Assembly: GCF_037042905.1 (NCBI RefSeq)
Contig: NC_087258.1
Location: 20,088,001 to 20,152,000, forward strand
Direction: 5' to 3'
Length of the DNA stretch: 64,000 bases
Source of the DNA: Lytechinus pictus
Lineage: Eukaryota
Below, piece after piece: positions 11,958-25,340 of the stretch. Positions within the stretch are counted from its first letter, which is position 1, and every line of letters starts with the position of its first letter. Made by a program: the position numbers and the translations under genes. The notes beneath the pieces are model-generated. The model was not told the DNA's origin and did no database searches. It saw only the letters and a program-made list of their open reading frames with translations.

Positions 11958-13100
11958 TGTAGGATCTTATTCAAAGTTAGATAACCCTTTTGTTAAAGTC
12001 CATGTTTTGTTAAACTCTTTTGTTAAACTCCATGTACAGATGTGGACTGCATACCTTAGTAACTGAACTATAGGCATGATAGGTTGCCTGGTATTTCAAC
12101 AGGCTGGGTTGTCATAATAAGTAGACTATAGGTTAACAGGTGTGTAGGATGACAGACTCTTTGTGTTACATATTTCTGTTCGGTGTGCTGGCAAGAAAAG
12201 CCAAGCCAGCTCACTCTGACTTCTGATTTTGGAGAGGAAGGTCCGTTTTGGGGTGTTTCCTAACCAAGGAAAAGGGCGTGTGCCACAGTGCGGGCAGGTT
12301 CCTTTCTACTCATGCCGAATTGTAAGTAATGTTTGGTTTATATGGTTTTAATGTTAATACAATTCTTATGCTTAATATGGCATGTCTGTTTTCGGAAAGA
12401 AAGATAGATTTACATATATATATTCTGCTCATTTTGTCAACCTAGGGTCAACCCAGGGTTAATGTAGAGTCAACGTACGTAGGTCAGGGTAGCACCTATA
12501 CCCGCTATGTCAAGGTCATGAGTCACAGAGGGGAATGACTCACTTGAGTCAGCCGAAGCTTATGTTCGTCGGACTCGACCATAATTCTTCCTAGTTATAG
12601 AGCTTCAACTCAACTATGGTTCTTCGTTCTTCAAGGACACGTGTCTTCGCTGATGTGCGTCGCGTTTTCATCGTCCCATAATTGTTCTTCGTTGTCGTCG
12701 ATCATCGACATGTTCTTCGTCGTAATCGTCGCCTCTTCGTAGTCGCCGTGGTTTGTCGATCTCTTCTGTTTTTCGAACTCCACTTTACCCGATTAAGACT
12801 TTCGGTAACATAATTTAAAGGCCTATTTTTAGATCGATCTCTTCCCATAAACAATCGATGATGATTATATTCCTCTTATGCATATATGGCATTTTATGAT
12901 TTTTTATATGCAAAGATTTATTGAATATCCATTTGCCAATATACTTATGTTCTCAACGATTCAATGTTAATGGCTTATTATATTTTATGACATTAAATTG
13001 ATCACTTCATTTATATCTTGAATATCCTTTGGTCTTTTATTCAGGGTGGTTAAGTAGCCTGTAGATTAATGAGTTTATTAGAGCAGTTTCGCTCGTGACA
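11958..13100 (+). repeat. 3' LTR of the Gmr1-like element
   Basis: Direct repeat of 5684-6826, preceded by GGGGAG and followed by TSD TAGAC. Confidence 0.97.
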
Positions 13101-13297
13101 TAGACATATTCTCATTCTGGTATTGGTATCAGTACATCTGGTAAAGAATGCCCTTCCATTAAAGAAACACCATAGGAATCTTAAAACTAAGTTTATCGTC
13201 TTATCATTCTGCAGTGAATATTGATGTCATAGTTTGACAGATGCAGGAAAGTCCGTAGAGGTCTCTACCATTAAATTCTGTAACGGGTGTCATCACA

Positions 13298-13783
13298 ATG
13301 GGCGAAGTTATGGACCAAGCTGTTTTCGTTAATCACCAGTTTGCTGGAAAATACTGATGGCGTGTATTTCTCCACTTTTGCCATTCATCATCGTCAGCAA
13401 CGCACTGTTGATTGTGATAGTTTACAGGAATCACTGCCTCCGTACACCAACGAATACCATCGTTGCGAGTCTTGCCTTTTCAAATCTCCTCGACGCCCTT
13501 GTCGGACTTCTGTTGACTGCTGATCGATACATAGCTGTTACAAAACCGTTGCGCTATGTTCAGATAGTGACGCTAAGACGCATTGCAATCGTATTGGGAT
13601 CTTTCTGGATTCTCAGTACGTTGCTGAACAGCGTTCGATTTGTTGGCTTAAAACATCAAACAAACTCGACAATGCTGGATAGCAATAAAACAATATGCGG
13701 AATGCCCTATTCTGGATCAACGACTTTAACCTTCGGATGGCTGTTTTTTTTTGGATAATCATGGTCTTGATGGTCGCGCTACC
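13298..13783 (+). pseudogene. GPCR cluster copy 1 (truncated pseudogene)
   Basis: Starts ATGGGCGAAGTTATGGAC like the intact copies. It has a 1-bp deletion near 13348, a 117-bp in-frame deletion (DALVGL joins LTADRY) and a frameshift in a T-run near 13750. It is cut off in TM5 by LTR sequence. Confidence 0.92.
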
Positions 13784-15082
13784 CCAGTGACGTCAGCTAA
13801 CTTCAAGGAAGAAGTATGACTCACACTTCCAGCCCCAGTCACTTGCACAGAGAATCACCACACCCCTTATACCAGAGAAAGTTTGATAGACAGTTACCAT
13901 GTAGACCAATCAGATCAAGTTTAGATCCCTCCAACCTTAATTGTTACACCCCCAGAACTAATGATATAAATAAGACTTTTTGATTAATGGAGAGAGATAA
14001 TATTAGACCCACACTCATTCAGATAGACTGACTGACTTCAAGACTTAGAGGTCCATCGAATATTAATTTAACTTCACTCCGGATCTCAATCTTATACTTC
14101 TAAATTATTTTATATTCATCGTCTCCTATGATATCTGAATCTTCATGTACTTCGAACTGTAGCTGAATATTGATGATTAAACACCCAGTGATTTGAACTG
14201 TATGACTTTCTCCAATATTCTTCATTACGCTTCCCTTCTATATTATAATTAACGATCCCAACACGACATGGTGGAGAACCCGGCTTTTTGATTGAGAACA
14301 AGCTTTAATAAAAACTTCTTCAAGAGTCCATATTTAACAAATTGCAGAGCCAAAAAACTTATGACTTTGCCAACCAGCTACAAATTAAAAGACGAACTGG
14401 ATATACTTCATACTTCAAAATTGGACAATTGAATCTGTGAGTAGACAGCCTCAACCTACAATAACATAAGCTCGATTCGACAGAACCGGTCCAAGAAGAA
14501 AAAAAATTTAAACCATACAGACGGACAGATCAGACGGACAGAACAGACGGATAGAGCAGACGGAAGACACAGACGGAAGATACAGACGGTAGGATAAAGA
14601 GCATATACTACAAAAACAACAACGACTTGAAGCCTGAAAGGACGACACCTTCAACAACGATTACCATCGCTACGAGTGATTATCAACTTGACCCTTCTTT
14701 ATACATAAATGACTGACTCTTTCGCTGGATTAATTGACTCTTAACTTTAATTCATTCCACTGTGCAATTGTTTCATTAATTTCGGAGGACATCTTTCAAT
14801 TCTCCCTTCAATCCTCTGATAGTTAAGTGAAACCATTTCTCTTATTGTTCCACTGGTAAAAGAGTGTGTGAGAGGTTAAGTTTTCAGATTGTTTACTTGT
14901 CCAACTGAGAGTGATTTTAATACGTTTTCTGTTTCTTTTTGCCAAATTGTGATTAACTGTAGTAATTTGATTGCCAGGATTACTCTTAATTAGTAGCCTA
15001 GCAATACTTTGTATTTTACGGTTCAATTCTGATAAACGATTTTGATTTTATCACTTAAATTAATTACCCTGTATCAATAATC

Positions 15083-16121
15083 ATGACTTCAACCACTACG
15101 ACAAACCCTACGACAGACTGATTTTCTCCCATCCCGTTTTTCGGGTGAAAAACTTGATAGGGACAACTCGACTGCGCACTTTTTGACTTTCGACGATTAT
15201 CTAGATGCGCATGACATTGACACTGCCGACCCCCAGCAATTCCCGACAATACTGCGAACGTTTAGACGGACTTTACAAGGTCAAGCGCGACTTTGGATTG
15301 ACGGACTTGAATAATTTAATACTTATAGCGACCTAAAGGATGGGTTCATAAGACGGTTTAGTCCCGCCAAATCGTCATACAGCCATGTGACGGACTTTCA
15401 GAATATGACCATGACAAATGACGAGGGAGAGCGCAGAGGCGTACCTGCAAAGGTTGCGAACAACAGCAGCCTACATCGAATATGGGGAAACCCAGATTAG
15501 GCATAAGTTGTTGGATTCTTTGCCGTCAGACTGCCGCGCGACTATCTTAATGACCGCCCCGACCTGACTTTAGACGAAATAGCGGCGAAAGCCCAACTTT
15601 TTTTGGACCTCAATCATAGACAGACTAAGCCGACCAAAGAACTATCGTTTTCTGTTCAAGTGGAAATAGATCAATTAAAGGAGCAGATACACTACTTAAA
15701 CCTCAAAACAGACAGGGACAATGATAATAGGCCGAAATCCCCCACCCAACGACCCCCAATCCCACGACATCACAGTGCTAGCCGCAGCGTAAGCCGCGAA
15801 AGACGACGTGACATCAGTCACGATAGACAAGACAACCGGCGCGATGACGTGCAAAACAGACGCGGTAGGAGCCCCTATCGATCGGACGGACGGACAAACC
15901 GACCACCAACACGCCCCAGACTTACATGCAACTACTGTCGAAAAAGACTTGGGGACATGACGACCCCACCACCCCCCTTCCCTGACTACCATGACTACTA
16001 TGCCCCTGCATACGGTAGCTATGCCAACCACCAATACTACCCACAACAACAACAACAGCCCCAATATCAACAACCCCACTACCGACCAACAACAACCCCA
16101 AACTCAACCACGCCCACATAA
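15083..16121 (+). pseudogene. Gag remnant of the decayed Gypsy element
   Basis: Frameshifted reading gives PSRFSGE...FRRTLQGQARLW, then an Arg/Ser-rich region and a partial knuckle CNYC (ORF 15603-16121). Confidence 0.75.
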
Positions 16122-16193
16122 TTTTTAAGACGGGAGAGAGCCAATAGCGCTCATTGTTCTTTCTCCCCGACTAGGAATAGGCCTGACAATGAC

Positions 16194-19100
16194 ATGACAT
16201 CTACTTATTTAGGGATTGACGTAGTTGAGTTACAACTAACGGAACGCAACTTTACTAAGGGACGGCTGCCAGATAGGACAACTGCACTAATTCTTTTTGA
16301 CAGTGGTGCATCAAAATCCATCATATCCGGACGACTTTTGAAATCCTCCCCCTATCTCTCTAAATTGACACCAACCAAAGTATCCCCAGTTAGATTCAAA
16401 TTAGGCAACGGACAATTTCTGACATCAGACAAAGCAGTAACATTTCGACTAGAAATTCAGGGACACAAATTTGAAATCACAGCACTAATTGCCATCAATC
16501 TTGAAGGCGTAGACCTAATATTAGGCACCAACACGCTCTTTGATTTGGATGGAACGCTCCACTTCAGAAATAACAGGTTCAGAATCAAGTCAAAACACAT
16601 TTCCTATGCCCCACCGAATACAGTGATAGTTTCCCCAAGTGAGTCGACATTCCTGACTTTGCAAGGCAAGACCCCACCCCACATCCGGAACTCCGATGTT
16701 GTACTAAAGTCTAATAAATATCTATCTCGCTATTGCCCCACGACAAGCATCGTTTCCCTGCATAGAGGGCGAGCTCAAGTCCTCGTAACTAATTTGACTG
16801 ACAGACCTCTAACCTTCTCTAAAGGTAGACCAATAGCTTTCCTAGACACTACAAGACTAATTAATGCCACCCAAGACCTCCCAACGGACTGCTTGAACAT
16901 GACAATGAATTCGAATAACAACCGGTACACTAGACAACATCATGATCATGATGACTCAGTCAAACAGAATAATCTTAGGAAATACCCTCATCTTGACCCC
17001 AATGACCCCATTCCTAACATGACAGAAGATGAAATTATCCGTAAACAAATTGACCTTAATAGTAGCATTCTCACTCCTCCCGAACAGCAAGAAATAAGAA
17101 ACATACTAAAGGGAAACAGAGATGCTTTCTCTTTGTATGGTGAAATTTCTAGCTGCCCTGACTTTGAAGTTGACATTGAACTGAATAATGATGACCCCTT
17201 CTTCATAAGACCATACTTCGCTACTGAAGATGGCAAGACTACCATTGAAAAGGAATTGAGTAACCTTGTCAAACTAGGAATACTAGAAATAGGCCACCAA
17301 CCATACACCTCTCCAGTTCTTCTCCTATCAAAGAAGAACACGTCTGAAAAGAGAGTTGTTACAGACTTTAGATTCCTTAATTCACGTATCAAGAGAAGAA
17401 ATCACCCTTTCCCACTATTTTCGGAAACTCTCAAAAGAATCGGCAATGCTAACACAAAAGTACTAAGTGTAATTGATCTGAAATCTGCATTTCATTGCAT
17501 CCCCCTCTCAAAATCCGCTCAAAAGTACACAGGCATAGCTTCCTATCATGGAGGAAAGCACTACTACTACAAACGACTAGCCCAAGGACTAAATGTATCC
17601 CCTGCCATTTTCCAGGCCAAATTGATGAAATATTGGCCACCATACCCAATTCTAGAAACTTTTGTATTGCCCATCATGACGACATTATCCTCTTCAGCCC
17701 TGACAAAGAATCCCACAAGACCCATTTGACCAGTGTATTAGAAGCCCTATCAAGTAATGGACTTAAAGTCAGCCCCAAGAAGTGTAAACTTTTTAGGAAT
17801 GACGTAGAATACATGGGACACAGAATCATGATTACTCCTCATGGAGAAGCATGTTTCAAACCGATGGCAGATAGAGGCAAAGCGATTGCAAATCTAGCTA
17901 GGCCCAAAACTCCAAGACAAGTCAGACGATTTGTTGGAGCAGTTAATTATGTAGCAGGACTTTACCCCAATACACAGACTATCCTAAAGCCCCTTCATCA
18001 ACTAACTAGAAAGAAGAATAAATTCCATTGGACCGATGAACACGAGAATGCCTTTAATAAGATTAAACAACTAATGACTAATCCACCCATCTTACACATG
18101 CCCCATTCAACTGGACGATTTTCGCTTTTACAATGATACATCTCGTACTGCGACAGGTTTATACAGGGCCGTAGCCAGAAGCATTTTGTTGGGGGGGTGT
18201 ACCAGCTAAATTTGCCAACTAAATTTGGCGTGACAGCGCCAACGTGAGCACAGGGGGAGACTGGTGGGGTATGTGCCCCCCTACAATAATCACATGCTAA
18301 AAGGTTGAATTTTTAGAATTGAATTAGTGGCATTTGGTGAATACTTTGAGGTTTATCATACAAAGACATACACAAATATTTGCACTGTAAAAATAAACAT
18401 TTTGGATCAAAATAGAAAGGCTAGTGTGCCGTAGCTGCTAACCTGCAGTATAATGATATACCCTATGCATTAATAATATCAAAATCAAAGATTTGTTAAT
18501 TTTTAATTGACCTTCTGTGCAATATGTCTCAACTAAAATTTCAAGAGTGCTACTGCTAACAGTGGTGTATCGTGGGTCACGGCATTGGGGGGGGGGGCAC
18601 CAGCAAAAATTTTGAGTCATTAAGTGGGCGCGAAACGCGCTCAATTGCCAGGTATACTGACCTAATAGAGACATTTTAAGGACTGTGCCATTAAATGGAT
18701 ATGTATCTTAGTGATCAAATAATGCGAGCGCGAAGCGCGAGCTGAAATTTTTTTGATATTCAGTCCTAAAAAGGGACATTATAAGCAAAGTTTTGTAATC
18801 ATGATACGTACCTGTCTCACAAAACAAACAATGCAAGCGCGAAGCGTGAGCTGATTTTTTTGTGTATAACTTAACTCTAAAAAGGGACATTTTAAGGACT
18901 ATCTTTTGGAATTCATGAAGTGCGTACGCATCTCATCATAGTCATCTAATGCGAGCGCCAAGCGCTTGCTGATTTTGTTAGGCACATGAAGCACTTTTTA
19001 TGGTCATTGTAATCATGAACATGATACGTATTTCACTAATGAAATATTGCGGGCGAGAAGCGCGAGCTGACAATTTTTGAAATTCAGACCTGAAGAGGGG

Positions 19101-20978
19101 CATTCTATGGCTTGTTTGTAGGAACTTATTACTTCACTAATTAAGTGATGCGAGCGCGAAGCGCGAGCTGAAAATTTCTTATAATTAGATCAGAAAAAGG
19201 GACATTTTAAGGACTGTCTTTAGGAATTCGTGCACTGCAAAAACGCCGGTGTTGATTCAACACCAGCCCGGTATCTATAACGGTCCACACCAATGCGAAC
19301 GTAAGCACAGACTGGAAAAGGTTTATGAAGGCCTTAAAAGGGGGCAATCACTTTAAGTATATAGTCATGAAAAAAGCATATGTCACTACATAAAACAATA
19401 ATAACTTGAAGTGCGAGGAGATAATTTGGTGCATAATCTTTATGGACTTAAAATACAACAGGACTATATTATCATTAGTCAGACAATGCGGGCACCAGGA
19501 ATGATGCATCCCCAACCTGCCCCCACTCCCACCCATCCCCACCCCAAGCACATTCTGACACCATAAATTAAAAAAAAAATCTTCGGCGACAGAATTTAAT
19601 AAAAATAACTTAGAACATTTTTGTGTTTTTTGCCAACTGCAAACTTTTAGACAAGTCTACAAGTTGTAGACTTGTCTTCATGAATTTGCCAACTGCAGAG
19701 TTACCAGTTTTTTAAGTCTTGTGTTCTGTTCTTTTCAGATCTGAAACGGGGCAGTACTTGTACATCACTTTGCTGACTGGTAGATCGTATAGTGTTCTGC
19801 CACGTTTATAGGCCCATTTTATAATTTGCCAACTATACTTTGGCTTTGATTATTCAACTTAAACCTTGTAATTTCATCCCAACCCATATTTATTTACCTA
19901 GTCTTGCCTTCTAATTTTAGTAAACTAATGTTTGTTAAATCGTCAATAATTGTGGTATAATTTGCTAACTCACAAGCTTGTTTATATTGGGGGAGGACCG
20001 GGGGCTTACTTTGTGTGTTATTATAGCTCCATCTGTTTTGTCATTTGTATTTTGCTGACTAGTAGGGCCCTAAGCCTGGCTACATGGACTTGGATTTGCC
20101 AACTGGTTGTCTTTACTCTAAAAGACGTAACCTTCTTCGAAGTTAGTACCCCTATTTTTCTTTACTTTTTTTTTTCTTTCTTTCTTTCTTTCTTTCTCCC
20201 CCTCTCTCTCTCCTTCTTTCTTTTTTCTCTTCCTTTCTTTCCCTCTTTCTTTTTCTCCCCTATCCTCCATTTTGCCAACTGGTACATAATTTTGCCGACT
20301 GCCATGAATGTTGGGGGGGGGTGTCACACCCCCCATACCCCCCCCCCCCCTCTAGCTACGGCCCTGGGTTCATACCTAACCCAGGTTATTAACGGAAAAG
20401 AACAAATAATCGGATATTATTCCAAAGTACTCCCAGACGCATGTAAACGTTACAGTGTGACAGAATTGGAATTGTTTGGATTGTTGATCAACGTCACAGC
20501 CTTTAAGCATTTGCTAAAAGGATGTGAATTTGATGCATTCGTTGACCACAGTTCGATAGTTCAAATTCTCAAATCCAAGGAAGCCCCATGTACAAACAGA
20601 TTAGAGAAATTGGAATTATCCCAATACCCATTCAAGATAGGATATAAGAAAGGTACTGATTTAGTATTAGCAGACTTTCTTTCTAGAGCACCAACCACTG
20701 GCGAGTCAGAAATAGATAGAGTAATCCCAATTGCTTATTGTTTGTTTGATGAGACCGATTTGACTGACATGAACACCTTAAACCCAGCCCAACAAACCGA
20801 TCGCATAGTTACTCGAGCCTATGCAAAGAAAATGGGTATCCCCATTCCTGAAAACTGTGAACAAACCCCTCCAAGTGCCAATCTCCCTACACAAAAGCAA
20901 GCCGACAAACCAAACCTTAACAAATCCCCATCTCTACAACCTAGACCTTCTAATTCACAACTGAGAGAGGCATTATGA
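16194..20978 (+). pseudogene. Pol remnant (protease-RT-RNase H), frameshifted and split by a hAT insertion
   Basis: LFDSGAS protease; RT motifs VTDFRFLN, IDLKSAF, QGLNVSP and AHHDD; frameshifts near 17620 and 18125. RNase H DTSRTATG resumes as GSYLTQ...YSVTELEL...DH...ADFLSR after 20367. Confidence 0.9.
18164..20366. mobile_element. Non-autonomous hAT-like DNA transposon (2.2 kb) nested in Gypsy RNase H
   Basis: 16-bp TIRs CAGGGCCGTAGCCAGA / TCTAGCTACGGCCCTG; 8-bp TSD GGTTTATA / GGTTCATA (1 mismatch). The interior has repeated GCGAGCGCGAAGCGCGAGC and TTGCCAACT motifs and no transposase ORF. Confidence 0.9.
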
Positions 20979-23789
20979 AGAAATACTACTGACAAGGAAC
21001 AATGGTGCATAATCACAATAAACTTCATCAATGAAAATGATGAAAAATTGCCCGAATTCCACGTTACACCAGTAGAATGTTCCCAGATGACTAACTCAGT
21101 TGATACATCAGACATGCCATAACAGAAAACAATGGATTAGCTTCTCCCACCCCTTTAACAAAACCAGAACTAGATAGGCGACTTGACCTCATGGCTTCCC
21201 CCAATAATGGACACATGAAAATACACAGAGGACGATTCAAGGACGGACAATTACAGATCCTGACGTCATATGATAAAGTATGTGATGATAAACCCACAGA
21301 AATTAGGTTTTGGTGGAACATTGGAATGTACAAAGACACTGAGACAGGTACTCCACAAAGATTTTTCAGACAATTGTATTTGATGTAAATAGTAATTGCT
21401 TAACATTTAATGTATGTGATTGAATAATATTGTTGACAATGTGTTTAATTTAGTTTAGTATACATTTTATTGAACAAATATCATCGCAAGGTTGATTACC
21501 AAGATAAGTTTGATTATACTTGTCATATGATGATATCTAACAAGTTTGAAAGTACTTGTTATATTGTTTTTTTTTTATAACATGAATAAGGAAAGATATT
21601 TTTCCAAAAGGATAGGAGTGATAGTAATAATTGAATTCTATGTTGATTGCTTCATTTGAAGGACGTATTGGCTGGCCTTCCCAACATAGAGAAACTATCA
21701 TTTCTAGAGCGCACCTGTTTAACTTTCCGCTAGTTATCATGTTCATCAGATGCTAAGATTTAGCATACATACATAGCATACATATTTTTTCTTGTTATTA
21801 CTGTTATTCCTTGAGCTAGTTTCGTTTTTCAGTTATTTCAAAGTGCATAAGTCTGCACCGATTAATGTAAAATAGCATCAATATTGATTGATTCTTTGTT
21901 TTATGAGATTTGTGAATTAATGTCATCTAAGAATTCCTAAACCCCCAATACCATTTAACTCCTAAACCTTGACCATAAAAAGACCAACCCTCAGTGACGT
22001 CAGCTAACTTCAAGGAAGAAGTATGACTCACACTTCCAGCCCCAGTCACTTGCACAGAGAATCACCACACCCCTTATACCAGAGAAAGTTTGATAGACAG
22101 TTACCCTGTAGACCAATCAGATCAAGTTTAGATCCATCCAACCTTAATTGTTACACCCCCAGAACTAATGATATAAATAAGACTTTTTGATTAATGGAGA
22201 GAGATAATACTAGACCCACACTCATCCAGATAGACTGACTCACTTCAAGACTTAAACGTCCATCGAATATTAATTTAACTTCACTCCGGATCTCAATCTT
22301 ATACTTCTAAATTATTTTACATTCATCGTCTCCTATGATATCTGAATCTTCATGTACTTCGAACTGTAGCTGAATATTGATGATTAAACACCCAGTGATT
22401 TGAACTGTATGACTTTCTCCAATATTCTTCATTACGCTTCCCTTCTATATTATAATTAACGATCCCAACACGACATTTATTGCGTATGTCCTGCCAGTGC
22501 TGAGGACAAATGTCTATATGTTTTAAATTTGGATCAATAAATGAATCTGAATCTGAGAAGATCTCGAGCTGGCGGCAACAATATGTAAAGGTTATGCCAT
22601 CATAATAAATTACTTATTTGATCATGAAAATGCACCATGTCTACATCTTATGGAGATGACAGACGAATGCGCGATTTCCATGCATGTTTTAAAGCAAATG
22701 TACTACAAACCAAACTACACAATATATTTGTATACGACACAGACTATTAAAGTACATAGGCGTTAAAAACTTTCATATCACACTCTCACACACACACCCA
22801 CATATATATGTATATATAATAAAGTTCCTTTCTTTTTTAGGTGTATGGTTCCCCATCCATAAATTCCTACATTGGTAAAAGTTATTCATGTCAATGTTTC
22901 GTTGAGTGATGTGCATGATAAACATTCAGAGGTGCATAATTTTTCATCGACGATAGCTAGGATCATGCGGTGGAGAAAATAACAAGATAGAGAGAGAGAG
23001 GGAGAGAGAGAGGGAGAGAGAGAGATAGAGAGATAGACAAGAAAAAAAAGAAGAGAAAACGGGTGAAACGTATTTGAAATAAGTAGTCAGATTAAAATCT
23101 AATCCGATAAGAATGGTTCATCGTTTTAATTGGTTGTTTGATTGACTTAATCTTGACATATACAAATTCGACATGGACAAAGAACGTCTAGACTGTTCAT
23201 CCTTCATCACGAATTCGGTAATAAAGATTGATTCTGCTGAGTTCATTTGTCACGCCATTACCAGTAGGAGCTAGCCAATACTTTGGTTTTTGTATGCCAT
23301 TCTTCTCCCGTCTACCACTAAGAAGGTACCGCGCCTCTTTGATTCCTTTTGGCCTTGCTTGTCCTTCTGTGTCGAACTCATAAAAAAGTGTGGTATATTT
23401 TCTTCATCTCGACGTATTGCTATTGTTCTGATCAAGCAGCTTGAAATGGAAAAGCCTGTGTGACTTTGGAGATTATTTGAGACAATCAAACACGAGCAGA
23501 CTTAGATATTTCCTGACAAAATTGTTAAGTTCAAACGCTCCAAATTAATACCGTCATGAAGCAGACTGTCTACAAAGTCGTGACAACTTTGCAATGTTAC
23601 CCAGTTAAAAAAATTCTTCTCGAAGCTAGGTTACCTGAAAAATTTATTCTCAACCGTAATGTTGCCTATACCATTCCAAACATGACAGATGTGCTAAACT
23701 TGCATGGGTCTCGCTGTACAGTGTCAATGATCGTCATTTCCGTATTCAATTTAAACTTCTTATAGGAGAGTGGTAAATGGTGGACAATT

Positions 23790-24048
23790 CTGTTTCTGTT
23801 TATGGTAACTCCCGTAGAACTCGGCAGGACAGCGTTTTTTGCTGGTAAACGTTAAGCTGGTATATAACCAATTACCTATGAAACATTTTACGTCTAGGTT
23901 AACCAGTCATAATGGCTGACCTCATAGACGACAGATAATACTCTCGGGCCTGTTTATAAAAGTGGAGACAATGGCAGAGTGGAGATTCGAACTCACAACC
24001 TTGCGAGTATAAGTCCAATGCTCATGCTACTGGACCACACGACCCGTG
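23790..24048 (-). mobile_element. tRNA-derived SINE upstream of GPCR copy 2 (paralogous copies 33117-33374, 44455-44712, 56745-57008)
   Basis: Minus strand has an A-box (TGGTCCAGTAG), a B-box (GAGTTCGAATC) and an (AAACAG)n-like tail, flanked by AATT/AATT. An empty site GGACAGTTGATTTCTAATG is seen upstream of copy 6 (~59531). Confidence 0.75.
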
Positions 24049-24371
24049 AATTGATTTCTAATGTACAGCAGCGTAACTTGGAGAGCAAGCAAGCCATGTT
24101 ATGCACAGCTAGACTGACAATCTTTACAGAACGCCAATGCATCTACACAACCAAAACTGTTACTGCTTCTCTTCTGGACACATTCTTATTCTGGAACCGG
24201 TATCAGTTCATCTGGTAAATAATACCCTTCCATTAAAGAAACACCATAGGAATATTAAAACTGAGTTTATCATCTTATCATTCTCCAATTAATATTGATG
24301 TCATAGTTTGACAGATGCAGGAAAGTCCGTAGAGGTCTTTACCATTAAATTCTGTAACGGGTGTCATCAAA

Positions 24372-25340
24372 ATGGGCGAAGTTATGGACCAAGCTGTTTT
24401 CGCTAATCACGAGTTTGCTGGCAAAATACTGATGGCGTGCATTTCTCCACTTTTCCCATTCACCATCGTCAGCAACGCATTGTTGATTTTGATAGTTTAC
24501 AGGAATCACAGCCTCCGTACACCAACGAATATCATCGTTGCGAGTCTCGCCTTTTCAACTCTCCTTGACGCCCTTGTCGGACTTCCGCTGAATACGTATG
24601 GAGTTGTATTTAAGATAGAAGAGGCGTGCACAGGTGATAGAGATACTCTGTATTATTTGCCCCTGCAAATAGTAGCAGGTGTTTCGTTTTGCCACATTGT
24701 AGCGTTGACTGCTGATCGATACATTGCTGTTACAAAACCGTTACGCTATGTTCAGATAGTGACGCTGGGGCGCATTGCAATCGTATTGGGATCTTTCTGG
24801 ATTCTCAGTACGTTGCTGAACAGCGTTCGATATGTTGCATTAAAACTTCAAACAAACTCGACAATCCTGGATAGCAATAAAACAATATGTGGTATGCCCT
24901 ATTCTGGATCAACGACTTTAACCTTCGGATGGCTGCTTTTTTGGGTAATCATGGTCTTGATGGTCGCGCTACCTGTTATCAATTTTTTGCTACTTCGCAT
25001 TGCGATGAAGCAAGCGAGAAAAATTGCGATTCAGAGAATGGTGATAGGTCTCCGCCAAGATCAACCTCCTGCTCAAAATGACCGGTTGAAGGCATTAAAA
25101 ACAATATCGCTTGTTGTGTCATTCTTCGTAATCTTCTGGTTTCCCTTTCCTCTGCATCTCGTTTGGCGGCTTACGACGTTAATGTCACCTCTAACATTTT
25201 CAGTATATAATCATTGCTTTCTTGTGTGGCATACAATCAGTTTGATTGTTAATCCCATATTGTATGGTTTCAGGGATCGGGCTTTTCGAAGAGGCTTTCA
25301 AAATATCTTGCGTCAATGTAGGGCGTGTTACAACCGATAA
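24372..25340 (+). CDS. GPCR cluster copy 2 (intact, 322 aa; last 4 codons and stop derived from a transposon)
   Basis: 7TM ORF with LRTPTN, DRY, FWFP, NPILY and helix 8. It ends CRA-CYNR* instead of CRAP*. Confidence 0.93.
   Translation: MGEVMDQAVFANHEFAGKILMACISPLFPFTIVSNALLILIVYRNHSLRTPTNIIVASLAFSTLLDALVGLPLNTYGVVFKIEEACTGDRDTLYYLPLQIVAGVSFCHIVALTADRYIAVTKPLRYVQIVTLGRIAIVLGSFWILSTLLNSVRYVALKLQTNSTILDSNKTICGMPYSGSTTLTFGWLLFWVIMVLMVALPVINFLLLRIAMKQARKIAIQRMVIGLRQDQPPAQNDRLKALKTISLVVSFFVIFWFPFPLHLVWRLTTLMSPLTFSVYNHCFLVWHTISLIVNPILYGFRDRAFRRGFQNILRQCRACYNR

Larger units (their letters stand above)
5684..13100 (+). mobile_element. Full-length Gmr1-like Ty3/Gypsy LTR retrotransposon (7.4 kb), recently inserted
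   Basis: Two 1143-bp LTRs (TG...CA), 5-bp TSD TAGAC (5679-5683 and 13101-13105), PBS, a short purine tract before the 3' LTR, and a single intact 1500-aa polyprotein. The flanks rejoin to the sequence seen uninterrupted upstream of the other GPCR copies. Confidence 0.97.
13785..22475 (+). mobile_element. Decayed Ty3/Gypsy LTR retrotransposon (5' LTR probably truncated, integrase core missing)
   Basis: 484-bp direct repeats 13785-14268 and 21992-22475 end in CGACA, with about 8 substitutions noticed. TGGTGGAGAA (tRNA-Ala-like PBS) at 14269. Gag, protease, RT and RNase H remnants inside. No TSD is recoverable. Confidence 0.92.

Noticed and set aside
19950-20978. 342-aa membrane protein ORF
   Set aside because: The hydrophobic N-terminal part is low-complexity T/C-rich hAT-element DNA that happens to be in frame with the Gypsy RNase H remnant after 20367.
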